From IMG/VR virus record IMGVR_UViG_2541047595_000019: DNA of 9,561 bases; one strand, 5' to 3'. The DNA is from a virus. Lineage: Duplodnaviria; Heunggongvirae; Uroviricota; Caudoviricetes. The notes beneath the pieces are model-generated. The model did no database searches and was not told where the DNA came from. It saw only the letters and a program-made list of their open reading frames with translations. Each line of letters begins with the position of its first letter. The first letter of the stretch is position 1. Shown here piece after piece: positions 7,303 to 9,561 of this stretch. Made by a program: the position numbers and the translations under genes.

Positions 7303-7854
7303 ATGTTTGACTTGGTACAGGTTGATAGCGAGTGGCGCATTAGTAGTCTTGAGTTGTTGGACTTGGTTAATCAGATTCGTGTGGCTGAAGGTCTTAACAA
7401 ACTGCCGCCGAACAGATTCAACAAGAAAATTAAAGACGAGCTTGAAGGTGAAAGTCTCTACTGGCATAAAATGCGCATTAATATAAATCAACAACTTACA
7501 AAAGAAGTTGAGATTTGTGAACTCACTGGAGACCAGGCTTTAAGAGTGGGGATGCGCGAATTTAAGCGTGTCAGGGCAAAAGTAGTAGAACGAATCAACC
7601 AATTGCGATTGGAGGTATCGCAGTACAAACTGATTCAACAATGCGCAGACAAGGCAGATCAGGCGGTAGCGTTAGCCAACGAAGGCAAGTTAAACGAAGT
7701 AGCGGATCTCATTGTGATAGCGAAACGCGAGTATCTACCGCTATCAAGCGCGGCAGGTAAAACGCTAAATAGGTGTAGACCGACGAAACGCAAACTGAAC
7801 CAGTCGGAAAACTATATTGGTAGTCTTCTTCAAATCGACTTGTTCCCTGAGTGA
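7303..7854 (+). CDS. Hypothetical protein, 183 aa from ATG 7303; possible phage regulatory (Rha/antirepressor-like) protein
   Basis: GGGAG Shine-Dalgarno 7 nt before ATG 7303. The track's 7210 start is TTG with no Shine-Dalgarno. The N-terminal WRISSLELLDLVNQIRVAEGLNKL is reminiscent of Rha-type phage regulators, but the match is weak. Confidence 0.55.
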   Translation: MFDLVQVDSEWRISSLELLDLVNQIRVAEGLNKLPPNRFNKKIKDELEGESLYWHKMRININQQLTKEVEICELTGDQALRVGMREFKRVRAKVVERINQLRLEVSQYKLIQQCADKADQAVALANEGKLNEVADLIVIAKREYLPLSSAAGKTLNRCRPTKRKLNQSENYIGSLLQIDLFPE

Positions 7855-7860
7855 TAGTTC

Positions 7861-7882
7861 ACCCGGCCCCGCGCCGGGTTTT
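7861..7882 (+). terminator. Rho-independent terminator, identical core to 6266-6287 (ACCCGGCCCCGCGCCGGGTTTT)
   Basis: Same stem-loop followed by TTTT, 7 nt after the stop at 7852-7854. Confidence 0.7.
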
Positions 7883-8100
7883 AATGCCATCATTATTAAA
7901 TCTATTAATGCTCATTAAACCATAATTAGCATAACTTATAATCGAACAAAAATCACACAAATCAGATAATGATTTTTTCTGGTTATACTTATCTAAAAAA
8001 GTGGTATAGGATGTAACTTATTATTTTGTAAGGGCAAATTTATTGCGTGGCCAGATGAACAGGCTTGCGCACCTCCCGAAAAACACGCGAAAATCTAAGT

Positions 8101-8210
8101 GTTCTTTCTTTTTTTGTTTTTATTTTTTCATTTTCTCTTTCTTCTCTTTTCCGGTTTCTCTTCTTTCTGGTTTTGGTTTTTTCCTTTTTATTTTTATTCT
8201 TTCTTACCGT
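8101..8210. repeat. Low-complexity polypyrimidine (T/C) tract, ~110 nt
   Basis: By manual count about 96 of 110 bases are T or C, with roughly 5 A and 9 G. There is no regular periodicity. It sits in an AT-rich non-coding spacer (7883-8340). Confidence 0.8.
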
Positions 8211-8340
8211 TGGGGTAAAAACACCAAAACATTTTCGCCACAAAAGCATTAATTTCATCCTGCCAGACCAATCATTTTCACCGGATACACAGCCGGATAT
8301 AATCTCACTAACACCACACCACCCCGCACCACACCTGATA

Positions 8341-8551
8341 AATCCCGTATTCAGGAAGGGGAATAGACTGGCGGACCCTTCCCGCTTCTACATGAAAAAT
8401 CCCTCACAATTACCCTGCCAATTTGCCAGATTTCACGTACACGCGCCTATATCCCCGCTACCGGATACGCGCCGCTTATACCGGATAAACAAAGGCCCAG
8501 GTAGTTAGCAACCTACCCAGGCCTTTCTCACAATCACCCGCCGATATTATA
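8341..8551. repeat. Direct repeat copy B (~210 bp), carrying a 39-bp insertion (8448-8486) relative to copy A
   Basis: Aligns with 5467-5631. The insertion TATATCCCCGCTACCGGATACGCGCCGCTTATACCGGAT contains two CCGGATA motifs. Confidence 0.85.
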
Positions 8552-8670
8552 TCACCCACCCTGCCGTTTTCAGGCGGGAGGTGAATAGCCGTCACTTGTT
8601 GCATAATTGATTAATTTCCGACCAATTAAATTAACTCCCACCAATACACGCTAGATGGGAGGTGGATTTT

Positions 8671-8742
8671 GTGACGCAGATCACTTTCTCTATTCCTGCA
8701 TTTTTGTTTAATTCAATCAACGGAAGGCAACTCCCAGGCTGA
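8671..8742 (+). CDS. Mini-ORF, 23 aa (GTG start; TQITFSIPAFLFNSINGRQLPG), speculative
   Basis: GGGAGGTG Shine-Dalgarno 6 nt before GTG 8671. The upstream motif TAGATGGGAGGTG (8652-8664) is repeated exactly at 8748-8760. Confidence 0.2.
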   Translation: MTQITFSIPAFLFNSINGRQLPG

Positions 8743-8765
8743 AAGGATAGATGGGAGGTGAAATC

Positions 8766-8828
8766 ATGAAGCGGTGGGAAGTGATTTTACTGATGGTGAT
8801 GATGTTTGTTATGTGCGTGGAGTATTAA
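8766..8828 (+). CDS. Mini-ORF encoding a 20-aa hydrophobic peptide (MKRWEVILLMVMMFVMCVEY)
   Basis: GGGAGGTG Shine-Dalgarno 5 nt before ATG 8766. The stop at 8826-8828 overlaps the Shine-Dalgarno of the next gene. Composition resembles small membrane toxin or leader peptides. Confidence 0.3.
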   Translation: MKRWEVILLMVMMFVMCVEY

Positions 8829-8839
8829 GGGGGGCAATT

Positions 8840-9019
8840 ATGGAACGCTTTATCAATAAACTACTGATTGTTGTTATCGCAATAGCGATCTTCGTATGGG
8901 TGGGCGTGCTGTTTAGCCAGTTTCCTGATGCTATGCGGTTAATTCAGATCGAGGGACAACGCGCTTTTATCCCTGGCTGGCGCGTGATTTACGAATTAAT
9001 CCGCTGGTTTGCAGCTTGA
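8840..9019 (+). CDS. Small membrane protein, 59 aa, one predicted transmembrane helix
   Basis: TAAGGGGGGCA Shine-Dalgarno context before ATG 8840 (the track starts at an upstream GTG). The hydrophobic helix is LLIVVIAIAIFVWVGVLF. Confidence 0.5.
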   Translation: MERFINKLLIVVIAIAIFVWVGVLFSQFPDAMRLIQIEGQRAFIPGWRVIYELIRWFAA

Positions 9020-9033
9020 ATAAGGGGGGCACT

Positions 9034-9561
9034 ATGAACAGAGAAAAGACATTCCCGGAAATGCTGGAAGAGGCAGCGATTAACAGCCTGGCTATTGCAG
9101 ACACTAAGGAATTAATGACGTTCACCAAGCGCCAGATAACCGCAATTATGCAGATGCCGAGTATTAGCGAGGAACCTGCGACGGCACACGCTATGGCTAT
9201 CCATACGCTCACAATGGCGACTTACCTTTGGTTGTATAGCGACTTCGGGTTGCAGCCAGTCGATGCAGACGATCGCGAGTTATTCGCTGTGGATGTTGAC
9301 GACGTACACGCCGTACTGATGCCGCTAAATGTTCTGGTTGGCTGGATTTACCACAATAGCGTCGAGGCGGTTTGCAGGGCGAAAGCGGGAAATCCTGGTG
9401 GAACTGACTGGCGGTTACTGTTCCGGCAAATGACTTTAGAGCAGTTCATCGACGACAAATATGGACTATCACACGACATTGCTGATGCTCTTTACGAAGC
9501 AATGAAAGAAGGCGCAACAGCCGCGCTAAATGGCAACCTGGCAGCACCGACTATTCACTGA
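9034..9561 (+). CDS. Hypothetical protein, 175 aa
   Basis: ATG 9034 preceded by the same TAAGGGGGGCA context 5 nt upstream. The ORF ends with TGA at the window edge. No family recognised. Confidence 0.6.
   Translation: MNREKTFPEMLEEAAINSLAIADTKELMTFTKRQITAIMQMPSISEEPATAHAMAIHTLTMATYLWLYSDFGLQPVDADDRELFAVDVDDVHAVLMPLNVLVGWIYHNSVEAVCRAKAGNPGGTDWRLLFRQMTLEQFIDDKYGLSHDIADALYEAMKEGATAALNGNLAAPTIH

Noticed and set aside
7210-7486. Track starts TTG 7210 and GTG 7250 (the 78-aa ORF) for the last cassette gene
   Set aside because: TTG 7210 has no Shine-Dalgarno. The 7250 ORF is in a different frame and overlaps the better-supported 7303-7854 gene. The strong AAGGAGGT at 7244-7251 is not followed by an in-frame start, so its role is unresolved.
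8040-8508. ORFs 8043-8252 (+), 8065-8508 (+) and 8040-8258 (-) with F/L/S-rich or K/R/E-rich products
   Set aside because: They are produced by translating the polypyrimidine tract in different frames. They lack Shine-Dalgarno sequences, and the 8065-8508 ORF also runs straight through repeat copy B, which is non-coding downstream of copy A.
7880-8560. CRISPR array or iteron array in the AT-rich spacer
   Set aside because: There are no regularly spaced direct repeats of 25-40 bp with unique spacers. The only recurring short motif is CCGGATA, which is reported as a finding.

Overview
All credible coding capacity in this 9.56-kb window is on the + strand, and the window reads as a piece of a prophage, satellite or integrative island from an enterobacterial-type genome. 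Protein identities below are my recognition of motifs in the supplied translations, not database hits. Gene order: an AlpA-family regulator (243-443), a second AlpA/Xis-like HTH gene (537-770), an overlapping HNH endonuclease (757-1152), a tightly coupled run of small hypothetical genes (1170-2801), an HK97 gp10-like virion component (2823-3266) and a lambda gpH-like tail tape measure protein (3273-5462). Directly after the tape measure stop comes copy A of a ~165-bp repeat, then a cassette of four genes (5810-7854) closed by intrinsic terminators, two of which are identical. An AT-rich spacer carrying a ~110-nt polypyrimidine tract follows, then repeat copy B (with a 39-bp insertion), two tandem mini-ORFs with a duplicated ribosome-binding motif, a 59-aa membrane protein and a 175-aa hypothetical. 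I see no rRNA, tRNA, CRISPR array, integrase, primase, capsid or recognisable tail-tube gene. The most interesting candidates are (1) an orphan tape measure plus gp10-like pair in an AlpA-headed element, which may be a tail-length remodelling module of a satellite, and (2) the repeat-bracketed regulatory cassette. Both are hypotheses and need homology searches and flanking sequence.
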